Of a stretch of DNA of 64,000 nucleotides, positions 1-12,329 are shown one piece after another; the stretch's first letter is position 1, and each line of letters starts with the position of its first letter. The stretch lies in contig CP089279.1 of assembly GCA_023920165.1 (NCBI GenBank), positions 1,426,001 to 1,490,000 on the forward strand, written 5' to 3'. Below the pieces are notes generated by a model that saw only the letters and a list, made by a program, of their open reading frames with translations, made no database searches and was not told the origin of the DNA. The translations under genes and the position numbers were made by a program. This stretch comes from Curvularia clavata (taxonomy: Eukaryota).

Positions 1-1469
1 GTTATTCGAGCCACGGAAAGGGGGCGCAAAAGGTGCTGCTCCACTTGGGCCACCACTGGTACCGCGAGGACCGGCTGGTGCGCCACCGTAGTAACCTCCA
101 CGAGGTCCTCCACCCCAGGAACCTCTGCGTGAAGATGGTCCAGAGAAATCACCTCGCCCCTCATAGCCACCGAAACCACGACCACCGCCGCGTGGCCGTG
201 TCGGAGCTGTTAAGACAGGATTGCTTCCTCGAGGAAATGCGGGAGGTGGCGCTGCCGAACTGGAGGGTCCTGCCGGAGGTGATATTGCAGCTGGAGAGGG
301 ATAGCTGCGACTAGAAGGACCAGTTGGTGGTGCTCTGGCAAAATTGCCATCACCATTGCGGTAGGAAGACGACGGCCCTGTTGGAGGCGCAAAGTCTCTG
401 TCTCCGCGCGGTCCAGTCGGGGGACTCTCTCTACGGCGTGGTGGGGATCGCTCTCGCTCTCGCTCCCGACTATAGTCTCGGCCTCTCTCAGGGAGTCGCT
501 CGCGGAAGGGTGATCTTGGAGCTGAAGCAGGCTCTCTGACAGGAAGCTCTTCTACAAGTGCAGCCCGGCTGGGGTGAATAGGTGGCGGAGAAGAGCGACG
601 TGAGGTAGCTGCAGAGTCTCTACCAGAGGGCTCGTTGGAAGCATATGTTGGCCGCGCTGGGGAAGGAGACCTGCGACTCCTCCAAGTGTCGGCAGTATAT
701 GGATCAGCGCGTTCGCGTCTCGGGGAGGGTGATCGACGTCTATAGTCTCGCGGCGGAGAGTATCGTCGTGGAGGAGGGCTGAAAACTGATTAGATGACTG
801 TTCCTGAAGGTGCGCAGCTTTGAACGTACCTGTCTATTCGAGAACGTGGTTCATCGTATCGGCTAGAACGAATAGGCGAGCGCATGCCACGACTCCTCGC
901 CGGGGACGGATCGCGCTCCCGAAGAGGTAGTGGCGATCTGTCGCGCGGTCGTGGAGAGCGAGTATACGAATCGTACTGGTCTCGATCCCGTCGCGGAGAC
1001 CTTACCCTGTCATTTCTGTAATCATCACGTCTGGGTGAATATGCTCGGCGAGGAGGCGACCGAGGGCGTGCCCTCCAATTGTCATCGCGACGTGGACTTC
1101 GTGACCTTCTTCGGAACGCAGGTGATCGACTGCGCGGACGTGAAGAGCGACCACCGGGGACATAGGTATCAGCCGAAGCTAAACCACGACGAGGTGGAGA
1201 ACTGCGTCGAGGAGGACTTGCGCGACGGAAAGGAGGTGAGCGAGCACGATAGCTGTCTCCGCGCGGAGAGCGTGGGCGTGGTCCGGGGGAGCGTGGACGG
1301 TATGTGTTTGAATATCTGTCGTCTCTGGTTCCGCGTCAGCAGTTGCGCCACCAATAACCTTTAGGAGTCGGACGAGCTGATGTGCCATTCATGAGCGCAC
1401 AGGCGACAGCCTGGTGTCAACGAACCTTCTGTCTCCTCTGTCTCGATCTCGGTCACGATCCCTGTCCAT
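1..1469 (-). CDS. Arg/Ser/Pro-repeat (SR-related, SRRM-like) protein, 3' end lies outside the window
   Basis: Not in the ORF track. ATG at 1469 gives MDRDRDRDRDRGDR; intron 1325-1425 (GTTCGT..CTGAC..CAG); exon 2 reads DDRYSNTYRPRSPGPRPRSPRGDSYRARSPP..RSRSPAFRRRSRSPRRDD; second intron 779-829 (GTACGT..CTAAT..CAG); RSP-rich frame appears to continue to the window edge. Confidence 0.8.
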
Positions 1470-2313
1470 TTCGCAATCAACGGTGATTCGCTTGGCTTAT
1501 TGTAAATATTGTGTGTCGTTGTTGAATAAATCGATAAAGATAGGTGAAGGTTCGTGATAGGGAGCCGCGGTTGTGGAGCGGTGGGTAGTTGTTTGGTGCT
1601 TCGTGTGTTGGGTCTGCAAAAAGTGAAGTTCGAAGCCAAGCCCACTGCGACTGGACGCGTTGGACGGTCACGTGCGATGTGGTTCATTGGGGCTGAGAGC
1701 GTGTCAAGCTTAGACCTTATATGGCTTCCATCAGCGACGGAAAACAAACAATGAACAATCGCTTTCCATGTTTCAGCCTTGCTTTTTCTTTCTCCTTCCG
1801 TTTGTCCACCACGGCATCGAATATACGAAAGTGGCGGTCGTGTTTGCGTACAGTAAACCTAGCCACCACCATTTTGACTTGCTCCTACAAGTGAGGGATA
1901 GTCACTTGATCTTTCATTTTTTTTACACGACTGCCAAGAAGCACATCTCGAGACAAGTATCTCCATCTTACATCCAGCAACGGCCGTCAACTCAAAATCA
2001 TCGTTCGCTTTGTTCGCCCCTTGCCTTGCCGATCGCATCCTTGAGGGTCCATCGTAGCGGAGCGGAGGGTCGATTCCATAGTCACCGTGTGTCCATTACT
2101 CTGCCTTGAATATTACAATCGTGTTCTTAATTATGCTCAACTGCGGGCACACTTGATTGCCGCATATAACGCCGTTTCCCATGCTGAGGTATGCCGAAGC
2201 CCTATTGATCCGTGACATCCGTGACGCCAGCTCGTTCTCGGAGCTCCTGAAAGTGCAACCCTGAATCTTTTGTACAAAACTCGTATCCCCCACAAACTCT
2301 TAATCATGCTGAC

Positions 2314-4073
2314 TTAGCGCCTAGACCTTCGCTCCTCTTCCCTCTTGGTCCTCTTCCTGCTTTCCTGGCTGATCATATCCGCCAGGTCATCTTGATCGAT
2401 GCTCTGCCACTGACCCTGTGCTTCGGCACGCTGCCTAGACTCGTACTCTTTCTTCAATGCATCCTTGTCCAGCCTGTCACTGTCCCCTAGCTGATCGATA
2501 TCAACAGAGACGTCGATATCTCCAGCCTTGCGCTTTTTCTGTGCATGCCCAATCGCGTCACGCTTAGCTGCATCCAGATCATAGGCGTGCTCACCACCGA
2601 AGAAACCCGTTGCAGCAATGTTCTTCTCTGGAAGCACAGTGAAAGCACTGCGGGGCACATCCGGCTCTTCTGTCTCAATGCCCTTGCGCTGCTTTCTAAG
2701 CTGGAACTCTCCGCTGATGCTTTCTGCACCCCCAATCTCAGTTGGCATAGCCGTGGCACTGGTCATAGATGTCTGTATACCACTTGCGTCCTGGTCTCCT
2801 TCCTCCTCCTCTTCGTCTTCGTCCTCTTCTTCCTCGTCACTTTCCTCGTCCTCGCTTTCACCCTCAGCACGGAGCGCTCCCCAGATACCACGCTCAACAA
2901 CTTCGCCCGCGTGTACCGGTTGCGGTTGCTCTTCCAAGATAGAAGTTCCGACGGGATCTCCTCCCCATAGTGGGACGCCAGCATCAGTTACGGGGGGCTT
3001 TCCCCATCCACCTGGCTGGTATCCCCAAGAACAGCCCGGCGGGATCGGGGCGTTGACACCGGGTATGCGTAGGTTGGGGTATGATGGTGGAGGACCGTTA
3101 CGCTGCATCATAACGAGCCACGGAGGTGGGTGGCCAGGCGCCATGGAGAGTGCTTCTCGAAGCTCCTCGCTTAAATCGCCTGGCTTGAGGTTGACGAGAT
3201 TGGTTTCGTATTCCTTACCTTCGTAGTAGACCTCTCCATATCTAGTAAGTTCTGGCTTGGTCTGCCGCCTGAAAAAGGCATCGTAGAGTTTTGCGTAATC
3301 GATGTCAAGCTTGCCGAGCTTTCCTTGGACGCGCTCACGCTGCTTCTGCCTCATCGTCATCTCTGCCTGCTTTTCCAAGACTGCGTCTCGCATCTCTACG
3401 ATACCGGTCTCCTGAATGAACTTGGGCAGAGTGAAGGGGGGCTTTTCAATACCTCTCTTGGACGACAGATACTCGCGCTTGAGCGACCAGTGGGCTGGCA
3501 CAGGTATGGCGTTCTTCGCTGCCTTGAGGGAGATCAATAGCTGGGGGTCCGACGATGATACGTCTGTCCATTCGACCAACTCTGGTCGGGGAACTATCGC
3601 CTTGAGCTGCGCAACCGACAACTTGTTCATCTGCTTTCTCTGCTTCTTCGAAAGCTTGGGTTTGCCATCGTCATCCTCCTCGTCAGGGATATCGTCGTCG
3701 GAATGATAAATCTCGGGCTTCTCTTCACCCTTGGTGGCCGCTTCTTCCTCAGTCGGCTCCCTGAACTTCTCGAAGACACTTTTATATTCCTCGAAGAGTG
3801 GGTTGTCAAGGTCGTACTGATTCGCGATGTCATCGATTGCGACTAGCTCCGTTGGCTTCACAGCCAGTGCTTCGCTATCTGTGTCGCTTTCTGGTGCTGG
3901 AGATTCGCCCTCACGCGCAGAGTCGCCGGCTGTCGACGGTGTCTCCTGCTAGATTGTCAGTAAGCCAACTCATAATGTTTCACAGTACTTACAGAGCGTT
4001 GTTGCTTCTTCTTTGCACGGCGATAGGCGTTCTTGCTCGCCTGCTTCTTGCCTTTCGCGGTGGCGCCCGACAT
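2314..4073 (-). CDS. CUS1: U2 snRNP splicing factor SF3B2 / Cus1 / Sap145
   Basis: Conserved motifs VPAHWSLKREYLSSKRGIEKPPF, KLDIDYAKLYDAFF, YGEVYYEGKE and the PSP region GPPPSYPNLRIPG. Start MSGATAKGKK at 4073; intron about 3949-3992 (GTAAGT..CTGAC..TAGCAG) joins in frame to the 2314-3861 ORF. Confidence 0.95.
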
Positions 4074-4752
4074 GCTTACGGTAATTGCGCGGCGCGACCT
4101 TGAATTTGCGTGCACTGGCGAAGGAATGCGCTATTGCCTACGCGCCGGCAGATCGCGCGTTGTGTGGGTGCAAGGGGGGTGGGATGGGCGAGAAATGGAC
4201 GTGGAGGCTGAGGTTGGTGAGGTGTGAGCTTGCGCGGAAAGATTGAGCGGCTCGCCTTGGCGTTGCAGCTCGCGTTCCGGCGTAGTTCGTTTGCGTTTAT
4301 GCCACGGGATTGGCCCAGGCTGCCTTCTTCGAGGTCTGTGCGACAGATCTTCCTACGCCTAGATAGAATTCGCCAACCTACACGCCTTTTGCGCATACTA
4401 TAGAAGCCTGATTTACATAAGAACGCTGAGGAAATAGGTTTTGGCTTGAAGAATCAATTCATGTAGATTTGAGGCTGTGCAAGGTGTTGTTTGGGAAGGA
4501 CTGGCAACATGACCTCACAACCAGCGACATTTGTACGCAGACTATCCATTCTCGACTCCCTACAATACGGGGGCAAAAGAAACAGTACTCTTGTACTGGC
4601 TTCATTCACATCTCTTGTATGAGAAACAAAATCATTCTAGTTACGGTCATATCTGACCCAATGAGATCCAGCCGTTGTTGCTTCGTAGGCGTTGCGCTTA
4701 TGACATCCTACAAACACTAGCCGCCTTCATCTCAGCTTCCCCATTGCAAATT

Positions 4753-5796
4753 TCAAGACCGATCGTCATCAGCAAACTAAGCAGCAAATCAGTTTCCGTC
4801 TCAATCCCAGTCTTTCTCAGTCAAACTTACCTTCTTGGCCCAGAAACCTCTGTAGTGCTTCTTCTGTCCTAGTTCGTTGATGTCCTTGACCTCTTTTGGT
4901 GTCAACTTAAATGTCAGTGCCCTCAAGTAGTCGCTCAGCCGCTGTTCCTTGCTGCTCGTCGTGATCGGTACAATGTCCTGGTCAATGCACCACCTCAGAT
5001 AGATCTCATTCTCGCTTACAGCGTACTTCTTAGACAGCGCCTCTACGTAGTCATCCGTTGGTCCTCCCTTTGCTTTCGTGGCGGCTGTCAGTGGTGCATA
5101 GGCGGTAGTCGCAATGCCGTTCTGCTTGTGGAACTCCAGAAGCTGTTCGTGTTGGAGGTAAGGATGAAATTCAATTTGATTGCAAACCGGCTTCACCTTG
5201 GCTGTTTTGAGTATGGTTGATAGATGCTCAGGGAGAAAGTTGGAAACTCCAATGGACTTGGCAAGACCAGCGGCTTGAACTGCCTCCATGTCAGCCCAGG
5301 CCTTTTGGAGATCAGCCTCTGTGCTGCTCAACCAGGGCTGGTGGATGAGATAGCTTATTCAATTAGCTACGAGCAGATGTGCAAGCAACATAGATGACTT
5401 ACAGGTCAACATATTCCAATTGCAGCTTCTGCAAGCTCGACTTGATTGCGTTCGGGATGTCATTGACGTTGTCGTTCACTTTGGTAGTCACAAAGAGCTT
5501 GTCACGGGCAACACCGCTTTCCTTGATGGCTATTCCGAGCTCCGTCTCAGTCTTGTATACTGCAAGTTGTTAGGGTGGCACCTTTATGTGAAGAATTTGT
5601 AGAATATACCCTCTGCACCATCAAGGTGGGTATATCCCAGCTTGATCGCGGTCTTTACAGCGTCAACGGTTGCTTGGTCAATCTTGCCATCATCACTAGT
5701 CTTGAACCAAGCAGTTCCGGTACCGAAACCCAGCATAGGAATCGAGTTGCCGTCGTTGAGCTTCAAATTTGGGATCGTTACGTTGAGCCCGGCCAT
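4753..5796 (-). CDS. Aldo-keto reductase (NADPH-dependent), 4 exons
   Basis: [15 protein letters not shown], catalytic tetrad residues in [30 protein letters not shown]. Three GT-AG introns; last exon FADDDRS* ends at 4753. Confidence 0.92.
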
Positions 5797-6019
5797 TTTT
5801 GCAAAGGTTCGTGTTTGTGATTCAAGGTATCGAATGGGACGATTGGCTGAAACGTGTCTGGACCTGATTCTAGAGCTGGTGCTGGCACAGTTCCTGAAAG
5901 TCTTGAGCATGAAGAAGTTCTGCCAGGCCGCGATTGAGGGGCGCGCTCTGATTTGTAACAACTTATCCGCTACGCATCTCGCCGTAATGCCGAAGGTGGG
6001 GTTCACGGCAACTGGTAGC

Positions 6020-6027
6020 TGACGTCA
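6020..6027. promoter_or_regulatory. Perfect CRE palindrome TGACGTCA (ATF/CREB-type bZIP site) about 225 bp upstream of the AKR start
   Basis: Exact match seen in the sequence; function inferred only. Confidence 0.4.
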
Positions 6028-6547
6028 TCGCCTTTGCTGTAAGTTGAGCCATGAAGCTTTTCCATCCGACAATGAAGCGCACTGTTCGCCCAGGTGAGTG
6101 GTTCTTCATGTGTATGTAAGTTTTATATATGTAGCGATGTTTTGGAGTCACAGGCTATAGACTAAGATTAGCCACCAATCCTACATGCATGTCAGACACG
6201 TCGGGTGATTCGCACTAGTAAGGCGAAAAGCTTGCCAGAATTGAACATCTTCAAATATTGAAAAGAAGCTGTGTCTATGCAGTTTAGCGCTTGTAAAAGC
6301 TTGCCTCATAATACAGTTGAAGTATGAAAACTAGAACCTCTTCGCCAACCCTTTTCCTGACCTTGGGTATTTGCATCAATGCTAGGGGTAGAGTGGGTCT
6401 CCTATAAACTAACAATGAAGGAGCATGTACCCCTCAACACCATTCCTAATTGTTTAAGCTAAGCAAATAAAAAAATTGGAGGGCACCTCAAGAAAGTGTA
6501 CCACTGGACCATGGTCGATCACGAGTGAATCTGGTCGGAAGACCTTG

Positions 6548-9500
6548 CTATGTCGTCTTCTCATGCTGTGTCGACACGCGCTGTAATGAAACGACTGTAT
6601 CAAATCAGAATTTGCCTATTCACAAAAACTTATGGAGTACTCACCAAAATCTTCCAGACTTCTCTGCTTCTGCTTTCGCTTGAGCAGCTTCCCGTGCATG
6701 AGATTGTCGAACCCTTGACTTCCCTGCAAGACGTAATAAACTCCAGCCATGATGCAGAAAATGCCAAAAGAGAAGGCCCAAACACGGACAACAGCAACGA
6801 TATTAGTCGTTCCACCGACGAACCATCCGAATATCGTGAAGCATGTTGCGAGGATATCCACTACCAAAATGGCACCCGCTAGCTGCCATGAAGGGATGGA
6901 CGACCAAAAGGGGCCGTTGGCGCGAGTGATGAAGATGAGCCAGTTTTCTGTCAATGTAATCTCGAGAAACAAAATGGGGTCGCGCTGTCCATGATTCTGA
7001 ACAATACCGCCCGAGACACCTTGTAGTTCACCGGTAAGGTAAGGCAGCATGGTCGTCATGGTGATCCAGGTGCCCACGGCGAGAATGACACCAAGCAGAA
7101 TTGACATACCCCAGAGCTTGGGTAGATTCCACTTAACCGGAGATTTGCTGTATGGCGCATTGTCGTAGGCAATAGCTAGTGTTGCTGTGGCATCGTCAGT
7201 GTATGAACAGTCATTTACACACAGATTACTTACCAATATCAGCAAAGATGGCGATGAACACCACGAGCTGGAGGTTCAGCGACTCATTCAAAATGGCAAT
7301 CCATAGGCCGAGGAATATTTCCAGGTGAAGTGAAAGGGCGATTCGATACACGACATAGGCGTACATGCGATGGAAGATTTGCCTTGATGTCTTCAGAGCG
7401 TCGATGATTGCTGAAAGGCCAGGAGCAAGAAACACAATATCGGCAGCCGAGCAAGCAGCATCAGACGCTCCCTGTACGGCAATACCGGTATCTGCCTTCT
7501 TCAAGGATGGTGCGTCATTCACGCCATCGCCTGTCATTGCAACGAGATAGCCTCTTTGTTGCAGAATCTCAACAACGTTAAACTTATGCTGGGGAAACAC
7601 TTCAGCGAAGCCGTCAGCACCTTCAACAAAATCGTAAAACTCTGAGCCAGGCATCTCGCCACCTCCGCTCAGGCCAAGCTTCTCCGCATCGAAAATATTG
7701 GTGCCTGCTATAGTATTAGACTGATATATATATGGCTTTGATTGCACACTTACCGAGGCCGAGCTGACGCGATGTTTCTCGCGCAATGCCGACGGCATCA
7801 CCAGTCAGCATCTTGATAGAAAGACCCAATGACTTGGCTTCGTTGATGGTCCGGTACGTGTCGTGGCGCGGAGGATCCGAGCATGGCATTATCCCAAGGA
7901 TTTCCCACCCTTCCTCCTCCCGTTTGCGAGCGACACCAAGTGAGCGAAAGCCGCGTGAAGCAAACTCTGCAACTTTGTTCTTGTAGGCCAAGTCGACATT
8001 TTCAGGAATGGGATGGTCTTCCTCAACTGTCCGAAGGACGAACAACGGGGCGCCCTTGACGCATGTTATCCGTTCACCCTGGGGAGACTCGACGACTGCC
8101 TGGACCTTTTTGGACACGGGGTCGAAGGGGTGGAAGTGAATGACCTTGTACTTGCTCAAGACGTGCTTTGCGCGTGGGTAGTACCGCAGAGATTTGAGGA
8201 AAGCTTTGTCGATAGCATCGATACCTTTCTTCTTCCGCGAAGCGGCCAAGCAAGCTGTGAGCATCAGATCCTCTGGGTCGACACCAGGTACTGTATATGG
8301 CTCGGCCAATGAGAGTTTGTTCTTTGTTAGTGTTCCGGTCTTGTCGGAGCACAATATTTCGACACCAGCAAGCGACTCTATGGCAGAGAGCTTTTGCACG
8401 ATAGCTTGCTTTTTGGCCAGGTATGCAGCACCGACCGCCATGGTCGTTGTAACGACAGCAGGAAGACCGACTGGTACTCCAACGATGGTGATAGCGAGCG
8501 TGAACCGAAGGATCTTGATTATATCGTTGGATCTGTAGAAGGAGCTTATCCAAACAACCAGAAGTGATACGATAACAAGGACCAAGAGTATTGTTCCAAT
8601 ATCCTGTAGTACTTGAGTGAAGTGACCGGGTCCGCTTGAGGCACTGGCGACAAGAGAGGCAGCACGACCGACAAAGGTAGAGTCGCCCGTAGCTGTGATG
8701 ACAACAAAAGCTTCTCCACGTTTTACTGCCGAAGAAGCATAGCAGGTGTCTCCGCGGTGCTTATCAACAGCCAAAGACTCGCCAGTAATGGAGGATTGGT
8801 CAACTTGTATGAAGGCATTTTCTGTGACAATGCGTCCATCTGCCGGCACGATGACACCCTCTTCGACCTGTAGGATGTCGCCGGGTACAACCTCTGGTGC
8901 TTCAATCTCGATCAGAGTGCCGTCGCGTAATACAGTAGCCTTGAGAGCGAGGGTTTTCTTCAACTCTTCTACAATTGACCCAGCCTGGTACTCCTGAATG
9001 AAGCCGACACTGGCATTCAGGAGCAACAAGCCGCAGATGACGCCAAAGTCAACCCAGTCTTTGAGGCCCGCGGCAAGGATGGCGGCTGCCTCCATGACGA
9101 ACTGGATCGGACCAACAAAGAACATGAGAAATTTGATCCAGTTGTTTGTCTTCTCCTCTACGTCAAGTCAGCCATGAGGTACAAACAGCAGAACCACGTG
9201 ATCAGTACCTTTCATCTTATTCTCGCCGAACTTTTTTCTCCGTATGAGAACCTCGGCGGATGTTAGACCGATGCGGGTGTCGGTCTGGAGAAGCTCCTCT
9301 GGGATAAGGCGAGCACCGCCCGGTTGCTGCACTTCCTCCTCTTCATAGTCGGCATTCTCGCCATCCTGTGATTCGAGGTCCTCGATGAGTTGGTCAATGT
9401 CTTCGTCCTCGTCCTCGTCATCCAGGTCAATGCCATGCATGTGGACATTCTTTTCTTGGAAATGATACTTGTCGTAGGCGTGGCCATTCACTACATGAAT

Positions 9501-9595
9501 GCCGTCGCGGTCTGGCGATATTTCGCTCTATGCAGTGTCAGCCTAGACGGGGGTGCACGGGTGATTTTGCCTGGAGCCGACTTTACCTCCGACAT
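6548..9595 (-). CDS. PMA1: Plasma-membrane H+-ATPase (P3A P-type ATPase), yeast/Neurospora type, multi-exon
   Basis: DKTGTLT phosphorylation motif, [27 protein letters not shown]-terminal [13 protein letters not shown]. First exon MSE (9587-9595), intron 9528-9586, further introns near 9160-9208, 7690-7752, 7188-7235 and 6595-6643. Confidence 0.96.
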
Positions 9596-9670
9596 AGTGA
9601 TGGTGGCAATATTAAATTAGCTAGGAATGCTGGAGATGTGAGACGCTTCTGTTGCGCTGTATTGCCAGCT

Positions 9671-10538
9671 GCCAGGACAGATATTCTAAAGTCTCGAATG
9701 CGACCTGTGACTTTGCAGGCGCGCCTGGTACGGTCGCTGGGTGGGAACGTTGAGCGCTTTCACACGTGGAGAGGACTGCAAGGCATCGTCGTCCAGACAG
9801 GGACTCGGGAACGCGCCGCAGCAGCAGTAACAGCAGCCCTAGATCTCGACTCGACTCCAAACAGAATCCGCGGATAGGCGCAAAGAGAGGCGCGCTTGCA
9901 GCCGCGCAGCGCGATGGTTGCTGCGCGCAGATCTGGCCGAGGTTGATGGCGCAATGCAGTCTGTCAGAAACCCCACGGGATTCAAAAGACGTGAACATGG
10001 CAACTAGTAAGAATGGGGCTAATTTATCTGGCCCAAAGGGGTCACGTCGAGAGACAGCCGCCAAGAGAAGCGGCCGGTGGCGTTAAAGGAGCGCTGCAAT
10101 TCCCTGTCCGACGACGGCCAATGATCTCCGGGCCACGAGCAGGCAATGTCTGGCAACAAGCTGTCTTGCCACATCGCCCTCGCTGCATCGACAGACAGCT
10201 TGGCTTCATTCACCGCTGAGACCTGCTACCAGTCTTCACGACCCGTCTTTATGGCGGCGTACTTCGCCATTCCTCTGATTGGCAGACGGTTGCACGTTTG
10301 CGCCATATTCCTCGTCCCGCTCCGAAGCACCCCCACTCCATTTCAAAGGAACAAACGAACGCCTGAACTTGGGCCCTCTCTATCCTCTCCGTTTCTGGTT
10401 AGCTGTAGCTTTGCGCGATATTCTTGCATATTTGTGAATTCCTCAAGCCTCCAACTTTACGACCCTCATGTCGTAGATGGTCACAAGCGTATTCTTGAGA
10501 TAGAGAGCGCGATTTATCGGTGGTCTAGTCGGCTTGGC
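9671..10538. promoter_or_regulatory. Four PacC/Rim101-type GCCARG sites upstream of the H+-ATPase
   Basis: GCCAGG 9671-9676, GCCAAG 10060-10065, CTTGGC 10199-10204 and 10533-10538. Short motif, so partly expected by chance. Confidence 0.35.
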
Positions 10539-11270
10539 TGAGACCAGCGTATCGTCGACAGACAGTGGCTGATCCATACAGCGCAATGATCGTCGAGAAT
10601 CCAAGCCTTGGGCATGTGAACCTCTAGGAAGACTGAGTGATGAAGGCTGTTCATGTGCCTGAGAAAACAGATCGGAAAAATATCTTCGGTAACACTGCAT
10701 GGACGATTCAACGCAGGTTTATCAGTCACACGACACTAAGCGATGGCAGTCTCTGTATTTCCTTTACACACAAACACAGTCATTCATGTAGGATAACAAA
10801 GTGACCCTGACTTTCGTCACTTCATCCTGCCAGTTTGGTTTGTACACAGTCGTTTTCCTTCATGAGATGGTAATCGGCAAGTTGAAGCTATGTTCTATCA
10901 TGCACATGATGAACATGCTTACGGTTCCGTTTAGCCAAGCCTGCTTGGAAGGACCGCTCTTATTTTCACCCATATCCATCCGTGGCGCCCATAAACAAAA
11001 ATCCGGTACTGCCTCCAGAAACAAACACCTCCACCAAGCCATCCATTGATCATTCTCGACTGTTTGGCCAATCTAGTGGTCATTCTCATGAAGCCTTCTT
11101 TGATGCCAATTTGCGAAGGATCCCAGATCCGTTTCCCGAGCGTGAATATCATGGTTGTTATTCGGTGGCTTCCAATATTGGAAAAGGTGTTGATGGTCTG
11201 CCTCAACGCTTCATGTGCGGTCATAAACGTTAACTTTAGTCGTGAACCCCCCTTGCCCATCTGCTCCACT

Positions 11271-12329
11271 TCATATGTCGTCAATGTCGTAATAGTTGTC
11301 AAATCCGTAAGGAGGTCGACGTAGTTGGGGTCTCGCCCATCCATTGCTCACATCGTCGTCATTCTCACTATCTGGAGATGTCCAAACAACAATCTTATTT
11401 CGCACTCTCCAGGTCCTCTTATTGAACCTGGCTTTCATGTCGCGCTCTTTTCCATAGCCTGGGGACTTTTGACTCACGTCTATGTTGTCACCGCGCTTTA
11501 CTACCACCAGCAAGGCCTTTCGTGAACCAGCACCCCGGGTCAACTCTTCATCATCCACCCGACCGAACCCCTGAAGTTCGTGGTCCTCTGGGTTCTGTTC
11601 GAAAGGCTCGCATCTAAGAGGGTCAAGCACAGAAGTGACGTCGTTTTCGTCTAGCGCTCTGAACACCTGAACGACCGAGCCAGAACCCTCACCATCCCTG
11701 CTCAACAACCTTTTATTCCAAAACCACGGCTGGGGCTGGCGGCATATATCTCCGGTCTCACGGGAGCCATGACTCCTGGATGGACTAAATCCAAGCATGC
11801 GCGAGGTACGAGTAACATAGCGGAGTTCCTTCCATCCATTACCACGGTTGACCAGATTGGTGAGAGCATCGTACTCTGGAGCAGCGGCCGCAACAGCAAA
11901 GATGGTCAAGCAGTCGAGCCGAAGCGCAGGAAGCAGTTGGAAGATTGACTCGTGGCGGTACATGAGATCATCAAAGCCTTTGAGGTAGCGCATCATGGGG
12001 GAGCCGATGAGGCGAACATGGCGGATTCTCGACACAGTTGTGTCTGGCAAGTTTGACAGCCTGTTCAGCAAGGTCTGCGGGTCTTCAAAGTTGAAGAGCA
12101 CACGCTGCATCCACATGTCGCGTGTCTCGAAGTTGATCTGGCGACATACGCGTAATAGCGCCAGAGAATGTGGGGCAGGCTTGAGATACCGCTCGCCATA
12201 GCGGGGTGTATATTGCAGGCCGAACGTCAGCCTCGTCGAGTTGAAGACCAGCTCCCAGATCTCGTCACGTAGTTCTCGCGGTAGTCGCAGCAGCGGGCTC
12301 GCGTCATTGAATCCAGTCGTGTCCGCCAT
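11271..12329 (-). CDS. Uncharacterised fungal protein with N-terminal F-box-like motif
   Basis: Long ORF with SPLLRLPRELRDEIWELVF and ALLRVCRQINFE, typical of fungal F-box-like orphans. Start ambiguous (12329 or 12425); C-terminus possibly frameshifted. Confidence 0.7.
   Translation of the reverse strand: MADTTGFNDASPLLRLPRELRDEIWELVFNSTRLTFGLQYTPRYGERYLKPAPHSLALLRVCRQINFETRDMWMQRVLFNFEDPQTLLNRLSNLPDTTVSRIRHVRLIGSPMMRYLKGFDDLMYRHESIFQLLPALRLDCLTIFAVAAAAPEYDALTNLVNRGNGWKELRYVTRTSRMLGFSPSRSHGSRETGDICRQPQPWFWNKRLLSRDGEGSGSVVQVFRALDENDVTSVLDPLRCEPFEQNPEDHELQGFGRVDDEELTRGAGSRKALLVVVKRGDNIDVSQKSPGYGKERDMKARFNKRTWRVRNKIVVWTSPDSENDDDVSNGWARPQLRRPPYGFDNYYDIDDI

Noticed and set aside
33..1388. Plus-strand and short minus-strand ORFs listed in the track over the first 1.4 kb
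   Set aside because: Explained by the spliced minus-strand RS-repeat gene in another frame.
2030..2085. GGTCGATTCC resembling a tRNA T-loop/B box
   Set aside because: Imperfect motif and no cloverleaf stems around it.
10620..10700. GTGATGA..CTGAGA suggesting a snoRNA or TPP riboswitch
   Set aside because: Lacks the remaining TPP aptamer core and a properly spaced D box with terminal stem.
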